From an uncultured Gemmatimonadales bacterium (GTDB lineage: Bacteria > Gemmatimonadota > Gemmatimonadetes > Longimicrobiales > RSA9): a DNA stretch of 64,000 nt. The translations under genes were made by a program, and so were the position numbers. Numbering within the stretch: position 1 is the first letter of the stretch; each line of letters opens with the position of its first letter. Below are positions 24,206 to 34,003 of the stretch, piece after piece. Below the pieces are notes generated by a model that saw only the letters and a list, made by a program, of their open reading frames with translations, was not told the origin of the DNA and made no database searches. The stretch is from contig CAWCUU010000001.1 in assembly GCA_963798855.1 (NCBI GenBank), positions 629,689 through 693,688 on the forward strand, in the 5' to 3' direction.

Positions 24206-25837
24206 TCACCGCGTGAGCTGGATCACCCGCGCCTCCAGCGGCTCCAGCGTTCCGACGGGTTTCCATCCGCGGATCCGCCCGTCACTGCGGGTGCGTAGCG
24301 CCCGGGCGGCACCGCCGCCCAGCAGCGCCTTCGCGGCGTACCGGCCGCGTGGCAGCGCACCCGCCGGGGACGAGATCGCCACGCCGGACACGGGCGCCTC
24401 GCCCAGGTTCAGGAGCACGAGCACGACCGAGTCCCGCTCCGGATCGCGGCGCAGGTACGCCATCGCGGCATCGCTCCCCGTCTCGAGCGCGACGAAATCG
24501 CCCGAGCCGAGCGCCGCCTGTGCTCGCCGCAGGTGGATCAGGCGACGGTAGACGTTCAGCAGCGATGCGGAGTCCGACTCCTCGACCTCGACGTTCGCGC
24601 TCAGCGAATCCGACGGCGGCGGCTCCCATTCCACGCCGGTCGTGAAACCGACGCCGGGGCGCTCGGCCCACTGCATCGGCGTCCGCAGCCGGATGTCGCC
24701 GTCGGGCTTGGCGCCCGTCATTCCGATCTCCTCGCCGTAGTAGACGAACGGGATGCCCGGCAGCGTGAGCAGGAGCGTGGCCGCGAGCTTCGCGCGCGCG
24801 ACGTCGCCCCCCAGCTCCGTCATCGTGCGCGTCTGGTCGTGGTTGCGGATGAACGTCGCAGCGCGGCCCGCGGGGATGTCGCGCTGCATTCGCTCGACGA
24901 TCGCTTCGAGGCGCTGCTTCGAGCCGGAACGGACGGCATCCACGATGTCGTCGGCCATCTCGAACATGAACATCGCGTCGAGCTCGTCCGGGTAGTACGG
25001 CATCACGCCGCCCAGGCTGTCGTACGCCTCGCCGACCGTGAATACGTCAGCCTTCATGCGCCGGAGGTCGGCGGCGAACGTGTGCAGCCACGGGAAGTTG
25101 CCCGATGCGTTCCGCCAGGTGCCGTCCGGCTCCTCGAACAGGTGGCCGACCGCGTCGAGCCGGAACCCGTCGGCGCCCATCTCGTCCAGCCAGTAGCGGG
25201 CGATCTTCCGGGTCTCTGCGGTCACGGCAGAGTCCGCCAGATTCAGATCGGGCATGCCGCTCCAGAACAGGCCGTAATAGTACTCGTCGCGGCCGGGCAC
25301 CTTGTGCCACGCCTCGCCCTGCCAGCCGGGCGTGGGTCGCGGGGTCGCCGACCACCGGTACCAGCTGCGATACCGCGACGTCGAATCCAGGACGGCCGAC
25401 CGGAAGAACGGGTGCTCGGACGACGTGTGGTTCAGCACCAGGTCCACGAGGATGCGGATGCGCCGCCGGTGTGCCTCGGCCGCGAGCCGCTTGAAGTCGG
25501 CCTTCGTGCCATAGTCCCGATTGACGTCGTAATAGTTCGTGACGTCGTAACCGTGGTAGCTCGGCGACGGCATGATCGGCATCAGCCAGATGCAGCTCGC
25601 GCCCAGATCGCCGTCGGTGGTGGGGTCCCCGTCGTTGATGTAGTCGAGCTTCTGGATCAGGCCGGGCAGGTCGCCGATCCCGTCTCCATCGCTATCGAAG
25701 AACGAGCGGACGAACACCTCGTAGCAGACGCCGCCCTCCCGCCCCCACTCCGGCGCTCTGGCGACGCCGGTGGTCTGCGCTCGGAGCGGCGCGAAGGACA
25801 GCAGCAGCGCGAGGAACGCGGTGGTGGAGCGAGGCAT
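24206..25837 (-). CDS. Secreted alpha-amylase-family glycoside hydrolase (GH13)
   Basis: Start at the ATG at 25837 (MPRSTTAFLALLLSFAPLRAQT signal; GAGGAG Shine-Dalgarno). GDGIGDLPGLIQKLDYI, YHGYDVTNYYDVNRDYG, ILVDLVLNHTS, GFRLDAVGHL, VGEAYD and FIRNHDQ are the GH13 conserved regions. Confidence 0.9.
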   Translation of the reverse strand: MPRSTTAFLALLLSFAPLRAQTTGVARAPEWGREGGVCYEVFVRSFFDSDGDGIGDLPGLIQKLDYINDGDPTTDGDLGASCIWLMPIMPSPSYHGYDVTNYYDVNRDYGTKADFKRLAAEAHRRRIRILVDLVLNHTSSEHPFFRSAVLDSTSRYRSWYRWSATPRPTPGWQGEAWHKVPGRDEYYYGLFWSGMPDLNLADSAVTAETRKIARYWLDEMGADGFRLDAVGHLFEEPDGTWRNASGNFPWLHTFAADLRRMKADVFTVGEAYDSLGGVMPYYPDELDAMFMFEMADDIVDAVRSGSKQRLEAIVERMQRDIPAGRAATFIRNHDQTRTMTELGGDVARAKLAATLLLTLPGIPFVYYGEEIGMTGAKPDGDIRLRTPMQWAERPGVGFTTGVEWEPPPSDSLSANVEVEESDSASLLNVYRRLIHLRRAQAALGSGDFVALETGSDAAMAYLRRDPERDSVVLVLLNLGEAPVSGVAISSPAGALPRGRYAAKALLGGGAARALRTRSDGRIRGWKPVGTLEPLEARVIQLTR

Positions 25838-26034
25838 CGCCGAACTCCTCGAATCCGTGGCTGGGGGTTGTCGAGAGGGCGGCTTCGAACGGACCGACCG
25901 GAGGGCGCACGTAGGCCGCCGAGCAGGATCGTAGCACGGTGGCGCCGCGCAATACAAGATGAGGCTTCTCCGTCCGTGCGGGCGCGGCTAGCTTTTAGTG
26001 CCTTCCGAGCCATGGAAAATCGACGACATCCGAG

Positions 26035-27420
26035 GTGTCCGTGGAACGACCCCGCTTGAAATTTTCACAGCTGTTCAATCTCAGCTTCGGCTTCCTCGGC
26101 ATCCAGTTCGGGTGGGGGCTGCAGCTCGCGAACATGTCGGCGATCTACGAGAAGCTCGGCGCGAAGCCGGAGGACGTGCCGCTGCTCTGGCTTGCCGCGC
26201 CCATGACCGGGCTGCTGATCCAGCCGATCATCGGCGCGCTGAGCGACGCGACGTGGGGTCCGCTCGGCCGGCGTAGACCGTATTTCCTCGGCGGCGCCGT
26301 CGTCGCGTCCGTGGCGCTCTTCCTCATGCCTTCCTCCAGCGCGCTCTGGATGGCCGCCATGCTGCTCTGGCTGCTGGACGCATCGATCAACGTCTCGATG
26401 GAGCCGTTCCGCGCCTTCGTCGCCGACAACGTCCCGCCGCAGCAAAGCACCATGGGCTACGTGGTGCAGTCTTTCTTCATCGGCATCGGCGCGAGCCTGG
26501 CCAACGCGCTGCCGCTCACCCTTCGCTGGCTCGGCGTTTCCGGTGAGACCGCGAGCGGCATCCCGCTGACGGTCAAGTACAGCTTTCAGATCGGGGCGGC
26601 CGTGTTCCTCGTCGCCGTGCTCTGGACCGTCGCGACGACCCGCGAGCGCCCGCCGGACGACCTGCTCGCCTTCCGCCGCGAGAAGGCGCATGCCGGCTTC
26701 CGCCCCGGCAGGATCCTCGCCGAGATCGGCAGCGGAATCCGCAACATGCCGGCGACGATGCGCCAGCTCGCGGTCGTCCAGCTGCTGACCTGGCTCGGGC
26801 TCTTTTGTATGTGGCTCTTCTTCGTGCCCGCCACCGCCCGGCACGTCTTCGGTGCGACCGACCCCCGGTCGCCGCTCTACACCCGGGGAGTGGAGTGGGG
26901 CGGCTTCGCGTTCGCGATCTACTCGATCACTTGCTTCGTGGTCGCGTTCGCCCTGCCGCGGCTGGCGGCTTTGACCAGCCGCAAGACCGTGCACGCCGGA
27001 GCGCTAATCTGCGGCGGAATAGGGCTGCTCTCCGTCTACCTGGTGCACGATCAGTACGTCCTGCTGCTCACGATGGTCGGCGTAGGAATCGCCTGGGCGT
27101 CCATCCTCGCCCTGCCGTACGCGATGCTGTGCGGCGCCGTGCCGCCGGAGCGGATGGGGCTTTACATGGGGCTGTTCAACGCATTTATCGTGATCCCCGA
27201 GATCATCGCGTCCGTCGGCTTCGGACCCCTGATCCGTGTGGCGTTCGGACCGTCGAACCCCAATGCGCCGCTCTACGTCGTGATGATCGGAGGGGTGTCG
27301 CTGCTACTCGCCGCCGCCGCGGTCAGCTTCGTGAACGACCCCGCCGGCCACGCGATCGTGACGGAGCCGGCGACGCTGCCCATGGGCGAAGCCGTGGCGC
27401 CCGGCGAGGCGGCGGGCTAG
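26035..27420 (+). CDS. MFS/GPH-type sugar:cation symporter (SLC45 / maltose-transporter-like)
   Basis: 12 TM helices. N-terminal FSQLFNLSFGFLGIQFGWGLQLANMSAIY...LLWLAAPMTGLLIQPIIGALSDATWGPLGRRRPYF is typical of this family. GTG start at 26035 or 26041. Confidence 0.8.
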   Translation: MSVERPRLKFSQLFNLSFGFLGIQFGWGLQLANMSAIYEKLGAKPEDVPLLWLAAPMTGLLIQPIIGALSDATWGPLGRRRPYFLGGAVVASVALFLMPSSSALWMAAMLLWLLDASINVSMEPFRAFVADNVPPQQSTMGYVVQSFFIGIGASLANALPLTLRWLGVSGETASGIPLTVKYSFQIGAAVFLVAVLWTVATTRERPPDDLLAFRREKAHAGFRPGRILAEIGSGIRNMPATMRQLAVVQLLTWLGLFCMWLFFVPATARHVFGATDPRSPLYTRGVEWGGFAFAIYSITCFVVAFALPRLAALTSRKTVHAGALICGGIGLLSVYLVHDQYVLLLTMVGVGIAWASILALPYAMLCGAVPPERMGLYMGLFNAFIVIPEIIASVGFGPLIRVAFGPSNPNAPLYVVMIGGVSLLLAAAAVSFVNDPAGHAIVTEPATLPMGEAVAPGEAAG

Positions 27421-27513
27421 TGGAGCGTATTCCGAAGCAAGTTGAGCAGGGCAATGCCCCAGCTCATTCGTGACTTGCGTCGCGGCGCCGAAGACGCCCC
27501 GCGCCCCGCCGGC

Positions 27514-27642
27514 AGGGGATGAGGCGATAACAGGAGATGCAGGGGATGACCGGCGTCGAAGCCGGCCGCGTAGCAATGGAGCAACTCGAAACCCATAGGC
27601 CAAGGTAGTCACCTCCATCTCCTGCATCCCCTGATCGCCTCA
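27514..27642. repeat. Imperfect ~35-bp inverted repeat built of CAGGRGATG units, flanking a ~60-nt core; left arm recurs at 47068-47122
   Basis: GGGGATGAGGCGATAACAGGAGATGCAGGGGATGAC ... GTCACCTCCATCTCCTGCATCCCCTGATCGCCTCA read directly. The core contains the CCGGCGTCGAAGCCGG hairpin. Confidence 0.6.
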
Positions 27643-27724
27643 ATGGAGCCGGCGGCGCCTTGGGGCAGACGTGGGTCGACGACCGCGAGGCGCCCACTCC
27701 GGCGGTAATCACCTCCGCAAACAG

Positions 27725-27766
27725 AAACGCGCAGCCCCATCGCCGAAGCGACGGAGCTGCGCGTTT
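27725..27766 (-). terminator. Rho-independent terminator downstream of the SusD-like gene (possibly bidirectional)
   Basis: Perfect 11-bp stem AAACGCGCAGC / GCTGCGCGTTT. On the minus strand it is followed by TTTCTGTTTG. Confidence 0.6.
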
Positions 27767-27789
27767 CGAGACGCCCCCGAGCTAGCCGC

Positions 27790-29364
27790 TCAGTAACCCG
27801 GGTTCTGCTTCAGATTCGGATTCGCGATGAGCTCCGACGACGGAAGCGGGTAGAGGTCGCGGTACGAGTCGGTAGCGGAGCCGGCCTCGGTCCCGCCCTT
27901 CCACGACCAGATGTAGTCTCCTCCCGTGAACTGGCCGAACCGCACCAGGTCTGTGCGGCGGGTCCCCTCCCAGAGCAGCTCCCGGCCCCGCTCCGCCAGG
28001 ATAAAGGGTAGCGTGAGCTGCGCCGCGGTAATGTCGTGGCTCGTATCGCCGAACGCCCGCTCGCGCAGCGCGTTCACGTAGGCGAGCGCCTGCGCCTCGG
28101 TGCCGCCGCCTCCGCGCAGAAATGCCTCCGCATACATCAGGTACGCGTCGCCGAGACGGAAGACGGGGTAGTCGACGTCCACGAAGCTGTTGTGCGACGC
28201 GGGCTGCCCGTCCGACCGGATGTTCGTGTACTTCGGAGCGGCGACGCCGGCGTTGAAGTTGCCAATCGAGGTCACCTCGACGCTCTGGTCGTCCGTATAG
28301 AAGTACGAGGAGCGCTCGTCACCCGCACCGAAGAGGTTGTACGCCTCCGGCTTCAGCCGCAGGCCGTACCACCCACCGTCGATCCCGTAGTTGCTGGGGG
28401 CCATGCTGCCGCCGACGGACGCGTGCACGAGGAAAGTCATCCCGCCGTACGTCTGCGTCTTGAGTCCGTCCTGCGGGATCACGAAGATCAGCTCGGGCGA
28501 GGTGTTGTTGTCGGCCATGAACATGTGCCGATAGACCGGGTCGAGCGTGTAGCCGCCGGCGATCGCGTCCTGAGTTGCGGCCATCGCTTCCGTCCACTGC
28601 GCGGTGCCGGTGTACACCTCCGAATTCAGGTACAGCTTCGCGAGCAGCATCGAAGCCGCAGGCCCAGTCGCGCGGCCGTAGGAGCTCGCGCCCGGCTGGG
28701 GCAGCTCGTCCTTGATCGCGTTCAGCTCGTCCACCACGTACTGGAAGACCTCCTCTCGCGTGTTCTGTTGCGGCGGGGTCGCACCGATCGCGTCATCCTC
28801 CGTCACGAGCGGGATGTTGCCGAAGAGGTCGATGCCGTGCCAGTAGCTGAGGGCTCGGAGGAACCGTGCCTCCGCACGGTACTGCTCGACCTGCGTCTTC
28901 AGCGCCGCGCTGACTCCGCGCGCCGACAGCTCCTCGTCCGTCGTCTGTCGGAGGAACTCGTTGGCCATCGCGACCTGGAAGTAGATCCGGTAGTACATGG
29001 CCACGGTGAAGCGGTTCGGCGGCGACCACTGCTGCGTGTTCAGCTCCGGCAGCGTCTGATCTCCCCACGCGATCACGGCTTCGTCGGTCGGCAGCTCCTC
29101 GAGCTGCCACCAGAGCCGCAGATACTGTGAGAATCCCTCGTCGATTCCCTGGATGTCCGGCTGGCCGGCCGGGCCCTGCTGACCGCTGACGCCCAGCCCA
29201 ATGTAGATCCTCGCCAGGAACGCCTTGTAGGAGTTCACGTCGTTGAAGACGTTCGCGTCAGTGATCGTGCTCTTGGGCTCCACCGTCGTGTCGGTGCAGC
29301 CCACTGCGCCCAGGACCAGGACCGCAGCGGCGACGGCGAGCGCCCTGCACCCTCTCGTTCTCAT
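27790..29364 (-). CDS. RagB/SusD-family nutrient-binding outer-membrane lipoprotein
   Basis: Lipobox LGAVGCTD. SusD-like N-terminal region (SYKAFLARIYIGLG..., WWQLEELPTDEAV, AMYYRIYFQVAMANEFL). Immediately downstream of the SusC-like gene. Confidence 0.87.
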   Translation of the reverse strand: MRTRGCRALAVAAAVLVLGAVGCTDTTVEPKSTITDANVFNDVNSYKAFLARIYIGLGVSGQQGPAGQPDIQGIDEGFSQYLRLWWQLEELPTDEAVIAWGDQTLPELNTQQWSPPNRFTVAMYYRIYFQVAMANEFLRQTTDEELSARGVSAALKTQVEQYRAEARFLRALSYWHGIDLFGNIPLVTEDDAIGATPPQQNTREEVFQYVVDELNAIKDELPQPGASSYGRATGPAASMLLAKLYLNSEVYTGTAQWTEAMAATQDAIAGGYTLDPVYRHMFMADNNTSPELIFVIPQDGLKTQTYGGMTFLVHASVGGSMAPSNYGIDGGWYGLRLKPEAYNLFGAGDERSSYFYTDDQSVEVTSIGNFNAGVAAPKYTNIRSDGQPASHNSFVDVDYPVFRLGDAYLMYAEAFLRGGGGTEAQALAYVNALRERAFGDTSHDITAAQLTLPFILAERGRELLWEGTRRTDLVRFGQFTGGDYIWSWKGGTEAGSATDSYRDLYPLPSSELIANPNLKQNPGY

Positions 29365-29406
29365 TTCTCAGTCCCCTCTCGAGTAGTCGTATCCGTGGTC
29401 ATGGGC

Positions 29407-32400
29407 TCAGAACCGGACGCTGAGGCCGCCGGTGAACGTACGCGAGCGCGGATAGAGGTTGTTGTCGATGCCGTTCAGCCCGGCCGTCGGGTCCACGCCG
29501 CTGTAGCCCGTCAGCGTGAACACGCTCTGCACCGTGCCGAAGAGCCGCATCGGCCGGCCGCGGTAGTTCAGCGTGTAGCCCAGCGTGATGTTGTCCATGC
29601 GCAGGAACGAGGCGTCCTCCACGTACCAGTCCGAGAAGTACTGCGGCGTCTCGAACCCGGTCTCGAGCACCAATGCGTGGAGGTTGTACGGAGAACCGCG
29701 GGTGACCTCCGAATACGTTCCGAGGTTCGACGCCACGTTGTTGTATACGTAGTTGCCGATATAGGCGCGTAGGGTGAACCCGAGATCGAACGCGCCGTAG
29801 CCCATTGTCGACGTGTGACCGAGAATCCACTTCGGCGCCGGATCATGGAAGGGGCGGAGATCGTTGTTGTCGATCTTGTTGTCGCCGTTGAGGTCGACAT
29901 AGAGATCCTGCTCATTGATCGTGTTGTCGCCGTTCGTGTCCTCGTAGATCGGCTTGCCGTTCTCGAGCTTGTGCTCATAGACGTAGAACGAGTGGATCGG
30001 CACGCCCGGCTGCAGCACCTGGATGTCGGTTCCGACGCCACCTGCGACCCTCCCCGTCAGGATCTGCTGCGCTTGCCCGGCGAACGGGTTGATGCTGGTC
30101 AGCTCGTTCTTGTTGTGCGACGCGTTGAACTCGGCCGTCCAGCTCAGGCCGCCCTCCTGACCGGGCTCGAGGATCCGCGCGCTCAGGCTCATCTCGATGC
30201 CGCGGTTCTTCATGCTGCCGATGTTCGTCGTCAGGTAGTTCGACAGGTTCGTGCCCGCAGCGATCGGCACCGTGAAGATCAGGTCCTTCGTGTCCTTGAC
30301 GTACCAGTCGAAGGAGCCGCTGAAGCGCTGACCCAGGATGCCGTAGTCGAGGCCCACGTCCCAGGACTCCGTCGACTCCCAGCGGATATTCGGATCGGCC
30401 GCGCTCGGCCGGATCGTCGTCACCCACTCGTTGCCGAACTGGTACTGCGCCTGCGCGTTGCCGACCAGATAGGTCGTGTATTGCTGGTAGTTGTCGAACG
30501 CCTGGTTCCCCGTCTTCCCCCACGACCCTCTCAGCTTCAGATCCGAGAAGAGCCCGTTCTCCCGCAGGAACGGCTCATCGGAGAGACGCCACGCGAGCGC
30601 CACCGAGGGGAACGTGCCCCACGCGTTGTGCGTGCCGAAACGCGAGGAACCGTCGCGCCGGACGCTCACGGACGCCAGGTAGCGGTCCATCAGGCTGTAG
30701 TTCAGCCGTCCGAAGACCGAGATCAGCTTGCTGTCCTGGATGTCGAGGAAATTCGTCACGGTCGTCGCGCCCGGAATACCGTTCGGCCCGAGCAGATTCG
30801 TGCTGAGACCCTGCTCCTGCAGCCACGGGTATTCGCCGTTCGACTGCGAATACGAATAGCCGCCGGTCACGTCGATGTTGCCGGGCAGCGACCCGAGCGC
30901 ACCCGCGTAGTTCAGGTATGCGTCCAGCGCGGTGTTCGTCAGCGTCTGGTTGTTGCTGTAGTACGTCCCGCCGGTCCCCGCCTTCAGCTGGCTGTGCAGA
31001 TCGCTCGGCGAGAACGTCTTCCGCTGCGACTTCGTCACGTCGTAGCCGAGGTTCACGTTCGCCTTCAGCCCCTGCAGGAACGGCAGAGAGTATGCGCCCT
31101 GCACATTGCCGATGCTGCGGTAGGTGGTGCCCTCATCCGACGCCAGCGCCAGGATCGCGACCGGATTGTCGGCCGATTGAATGTCCTTGTAGTCCGGCGG
31201 GTCCGCACTGCCCGGCCACTCGAAGTAGCCCGTGCCCGCCGGGTTGTTCGCGTCCATCACCGGCTGCGTCGGACCCATCTGGGCCGCGTTCGATAGCACG
31301 CCGCCCGGCGTGAAGCGATCGAAGTTCCGCGACCCCTTCAGGCTGGCGTTGATCTCCAACGTGTTGTCGAAGAAACGCTGCCCGTAGTTCAGGCCCGCCG
31401 AGATGCGCTCGGTGGTCGTGCCGTCGATCACGCCATCCTGATTCAGGTAGCCCAGCGACAGCCGGTAGTTCATCACCTCGTTCGCGTTCGACAGCGCGAG
31501 GTTGTGCTCCTGCCCGAGCGCCGTCCGGTCCACGAGCCCGAACCAGTCCGTATTCGCGTTCCCGAGCTGGCTGACGTTCCCCGGCGCATACTGCTGAACC
31601 GCTGCCCGGTACTGCGCCGCGTTCAGCATGTCCGGCAGCTTCGTCACCGTCGATGCGGAGACGCTGCCCGTGTACTCGATCTGAGTCCCCGTCTTGCCCT
31701 TCTTCGTCGTGATCATCACGACGCCGTTCGCCGCGTTCGCGCCGTAGATCGCCGCGGCCGCCGCGTCCTTCAGCACCGTGATGCTCTCGATGTCCTCGGG
31801 GTTCAGGAAGTTCAGCGGGTTGCGCCCGGCCGAAAGACCGCCTCCCGACCCCGAGCCCACCGGCATCCCGTCGATCACGAACAGCGGATCGCTGCTCGCA
31901 TTGATCGACGTCGCGCCGCGGATCCGTACGGAAATGCCGCCGCCGGGCTCGTTGTTGTCCACCACCTGCACGCCCGGGACCTTGCTCTGGATCAGCTGCT
32001 CCGGGCTGACGATCCGACCCTTGTTGAACTCCTCGGGGCTCACCTGCTGTACCGAGACACTCAGGTCCTTCGCCCTCGTGGTGCCGTATCCCACGACCAC
32101 CAGCTGCTCGAGCTGCATGGCCTGCGGCTGCAGCCGGAAGTCCGTCGTCGCGGTCGCGCCCGCCCCGATCGTCACGCTCCTCGTCGCCGTCGCGAAACCG
32201 ACGGCCTCGGCCGTGACGTCGTAGACGCCGGGCGCAACGCCCGTGATCACGTACGTCCCGTCATCGCCCGCGACCGCCCGGGCCATTGTCTGGATCACCG
32301 TGATCGTGGCGCCCGGGATCGGACGCCCGTCGTCCTGCGCTCTCACGGTCCCCGAGATGCGCCCAGCCTGAGCAGACAACGAGCCCGCGGCCAGGAGCAT

Positions 32401-32433
32401 GGCGACCATGCTCAGGAATACAGTCCGCCTCAT
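29407..32433 (-). CDS. SusC/RagA-family TonB-dependent outer-membrane transporter
   Basis: Start at the ATG at 32433 (MRRTVFLSMVAMLLAAGSLSAQA). Carboxypeptidase-regulatory-like domain (GRISGTVRAQDDGRPIPGATITV...DGTYVITGVAPGVYDV), a plug (IESITVLKDAAAAAIYGANAANGVVMITTKKG) and the C-terminal barrel ending ...RTFTGGLSVRF. Confidence 0.92.
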   Translation of the reverse strand: MRRTVFLSMVAMLLAAGSLSAQAGRISGTVRAQDDGRPIPGATITVIQTMARAVAGDDGTYVITGVAPGVYDVTAEAVGFATATRSVTIGAGATATTDFRLQPQAMQLEQLVVVGYGTTRAKDLSVSVQQVSPEEFNKGRIVSPEQLIQSKVPGVQVVDNNEPGGGISVRIRGATSINASSDPLFVIDGMPVGSGSGGGLSAGRNPLNFLNPEDIESITVLKDAAAAAIYGANAANGVVMITTKKGKTGTQIEYTGSVSASTVTKLPDMLNAAQYRAAVQQYAPGNVSQLGNANTDWFGLVDRTALGQEHNLALSNANEVMNYRLSLGYLNQDGVIDGTTTERISAGLNYGQRFFDNTLEINASLKGSRNFDRFTPGGVLSNAAQMGPTQPVMDANNPAGTGYFEWPGSADPPDYKDIQSADNPVAILALASDEGTTYRSIGNVQGAYSLPFLQGLKANVNLGYDVTKSQRKTFSPSDLHSQLKAGTGGTYYSNNQTLTNTALDAYLNYAGALGSLPGNIDVTGGYSYSQSNGEYPWLQEQGLSTNLLGPNGIPGATTVTNFLDIQDSKLISVFGRLNYSLMDRYLASVSVRRDGSSRFGTHNAWGTFPSVALAWRLSDEPFLRENGLFSDLKLRGSWGKTGNQAFDNYQQYTTYLVGNAQAQYQFGNEWVTTIRPSAADPNIRWESTESWDVGLDYGILGQRFSGSFDWYVKDTKDLIFTVPIAAGTNLSNYLTTNIGSMKNRGIEMSLSARILEPGQEGGLSWTAEFNASHNKNELTSINPFAGQAQQILTGRVAGGVGTDIQVLQPGVPIHSFYVYEHKLENGKPIYEDTNGDNTINEQDLYVDLNGDNKIDNNDLRPFHDPAPKWILGHTSTMGYGAFDLGFTLRAYIGNYVYNNVASNLGTYSEVTRGSPYNLHALVLETGFETPQYFSDWYVEDASFLRMDNITLGYTLNYRGRPMRLFGTVQSVFTLTGYSGVDPTAGLNGIDNNLYPRSRTFTGGLSVRF

Positions 32434-32626
32434 CGTGATCTCCATACGGGATGTGGGGTCAGCCGCAAACCGGCTGCGGGAAGAAGCGCGTCTACAGCGC
32501 GACGCATCGTGCACGTGTCGTTGCTGAAGCGGGAATGCTGACCGGGGACGGAGAGCCGCAAGGCCCTGCGGCCCCGGGGGTTGCGGGTGGCGAGTGCCGC
32601 CCGGCCGCGTACTTCGTTAATGTCGG

Positions 32627-32643
32627 CCCTCGACTTTGTCAAT
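32627..32643 (-). promoter_or_regulatory. Conserved AT-rich motif ATTGACAAAGTCGAGGG (minus-strand reading) upstream of susC/susD-like genes; contains a TTGACA -35-like hexamer
   Basis: 14 of 17 nt identical to the motif at 33987-34003. TTGACA-17 nt-TAACGA arrangement on the minus strand. Confidence 0.4.
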
Positions 32644-32719
32644 GAAGTTTTCAATTGCCGGGCCCGCACCGATTTTCCGGCCGCCGATCGCTGCCTCCGC
32701 GACCCGGCTCGGCCGCCTC

Positions 32720-33931
32720 TCACGCCACCTCGGGGGCGACGAACACCGGGGCCAGCACGAGCGCCGAAGCGCCTTTTAGCCGCAGTTCCGGCTCCCTCGC
32801 CTCGACCACGATCGGCGCCGCGCCCGAGGCTTCCGTGAGGCAGCGCCGCTGCAGCGAGTCGTGCACCGCGGGCTCGATCAGGTCCCATGCCCCGGTGAGA
32901 TCGCCGCCGACGACGATCCGCGCCGGGCTGAAGGCGTTGATGATGTTGGCGATGCCGATGCCGAGATAGCGGCCGGTTTCCCATAGCGCCCAGGTGGCGG
33001 CGGCGTCGCCGGCCCGCGCCTGCGCGATCACGTCTGCGATCGCGACGCCGCAGGTGCGGTAGGCGTCCCCGGTTGCGAGGTCTCTTCCCAGATAACGCGC
33101 GACGGTCGCAGGATTTGACGCGTACGCTTCCAGGCAGCCCCGCGAGCCGCAGGCGCACTGGGGTCCGTCCAGGCTCAGCGGCACGTGCCCGAACTCGCCC
33201 GCCGTGCTCCAGTGCCCGCGCAGGACGACGCCGTTGACGACCAGGCTCATGCCGACGCCGTCGGAGACGGTGATGTAGACGAAGTTGTCGCCCGCGCTCG
33301 CGGCCTGTGGGCTCAGCCACATGTGGGCCATGGCGCACGCGACCGCATCGCGGTCGATGTGGACCGGCAGGTCCAGCGCCTCGGCCAGCGCGCCGCGCAG
33401 ATCCACGTCGCGCCACCCGAGCGTCGGCGCGTTCAGCACCACGCCCGAGTTGCGATCCACCATGCCCGGTACGACCAGGCCGATGCCCTCGCACGCGCCG
33501 CTTCGCGAGTGCGTGCGAAGCAGAGCCTGGACCCGGTCCACCAGCTCGGCCACCAGCTGCTCGTGCGAGAGTGGCGTGTCCAGCGTCTCTTGCGCGATCG
33601 CCCGGCCCGCGAAGTCGCTCAGCAGGATGGACGTGCGGCTGTAGCGCACGTCGATGCCAATCGCGAGTCTGTCGCCGGTCCGCACATAGAGGAGCCGGGG
33701 CTTGCGCCCGCGAGGCGCCTCCCCGGTCGCGCCTTCGATGATCAGGCCGTCCGTGAGCAGGTCTCGCACGAGGGGCGTGACCGATCCCCGCGCCACACCC
33801 ATCCGTCGGGCCAGGTCCGCGCGCGAGAGCGGCTGGTGCTCGCGCACCAGGTTCAGGACGATCTGACGGTTGACCTGGCGGGCCGTGCCACGCGTGGCGC
33901 GACGGAAACTGCGTGTGTTGATCTTTCGCAT
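32720..33931 (-). CDS. ROK-family transcriptional regulator (NagC/XylR/Mlc-like)
   Basis: Start at the ATG at 33931 (MRKINTRSFRRATRGTARQVNRQIVLNLV...). Winged HTH (LSRADLARRMGVARGSVTPLVRDLL). ROK sugar-kinase fold with LVVPGMVD and the Zn motif GHVPLSLDGPQCACGSRGCLE. Confidence 0.88.
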   Translation of the reverse strand: MRKINTRSFRRATRGTARQVNRQIVLNLVREHQPLSRADLARRMGVARGSVTPLVRDLLTDGLIIEGATGEAPRGRKPRLLYVRTGDRLAIGIDVRYSRTSILLSDFAGRAIAQETLDTPLSHEQLVAELVDRVQALLRTHSRSGACEGIGLVVPGMVDRNSGVVLNAPTLGWRDVDLRGALAEALDLPVHIDRDAVACAMAHMWLSPQAASAGDNFVYITVSDGVGMSLVVNGVVLRGHWSTAGEFGHVPLSLDGPQCACGSRGCLEAYASNPATVARYLGRDLATGDAYRTCGVAIADVIAQARAGDAAATWALWETGRYLGIGIANIINAFSPARIVVGGDLTGAWDLIEPAVHDSLQRRCLTEASGAAPIVVEAREPELRLKGASALVLAPVFVAPEVA

Positions 33932-33986
33932 GGGCTCCCGGGGAAGGCGCGAGGTGCGCGCGGAGTCACTCGATGTTCTTGACCGT

Positions 33987-34003
33987 GCCCCGAATTTGTC
34001 AAT
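33987..34003 (-). promoter_or_regulatory. Second copy of the ATTGACAAA-type motif, part of the near-palindrome TTGTCAAtattcTTGACgA between the ROK and GH97 genes
   Basis: GCCCCGAATTTGTCAAT (plus strand). The adjacent TTGTCAA-N5-TTGACGA inverted repeat was read directly. AT-rich island in GC-rich DNA. Confidence 0.4.

Noticed and set aside
23830-24298. ORFs 23830..24075(+), 24017..24298(+) and 23747..23962(-) in the gap between the mrp cluster and the GH13 gene.
   Set aside because: They overlap the inverted-repeat element and the G-tract region, have no ribosome-binding sites, and have low-complexity products. The region is better explained as non-coding structured DNA.
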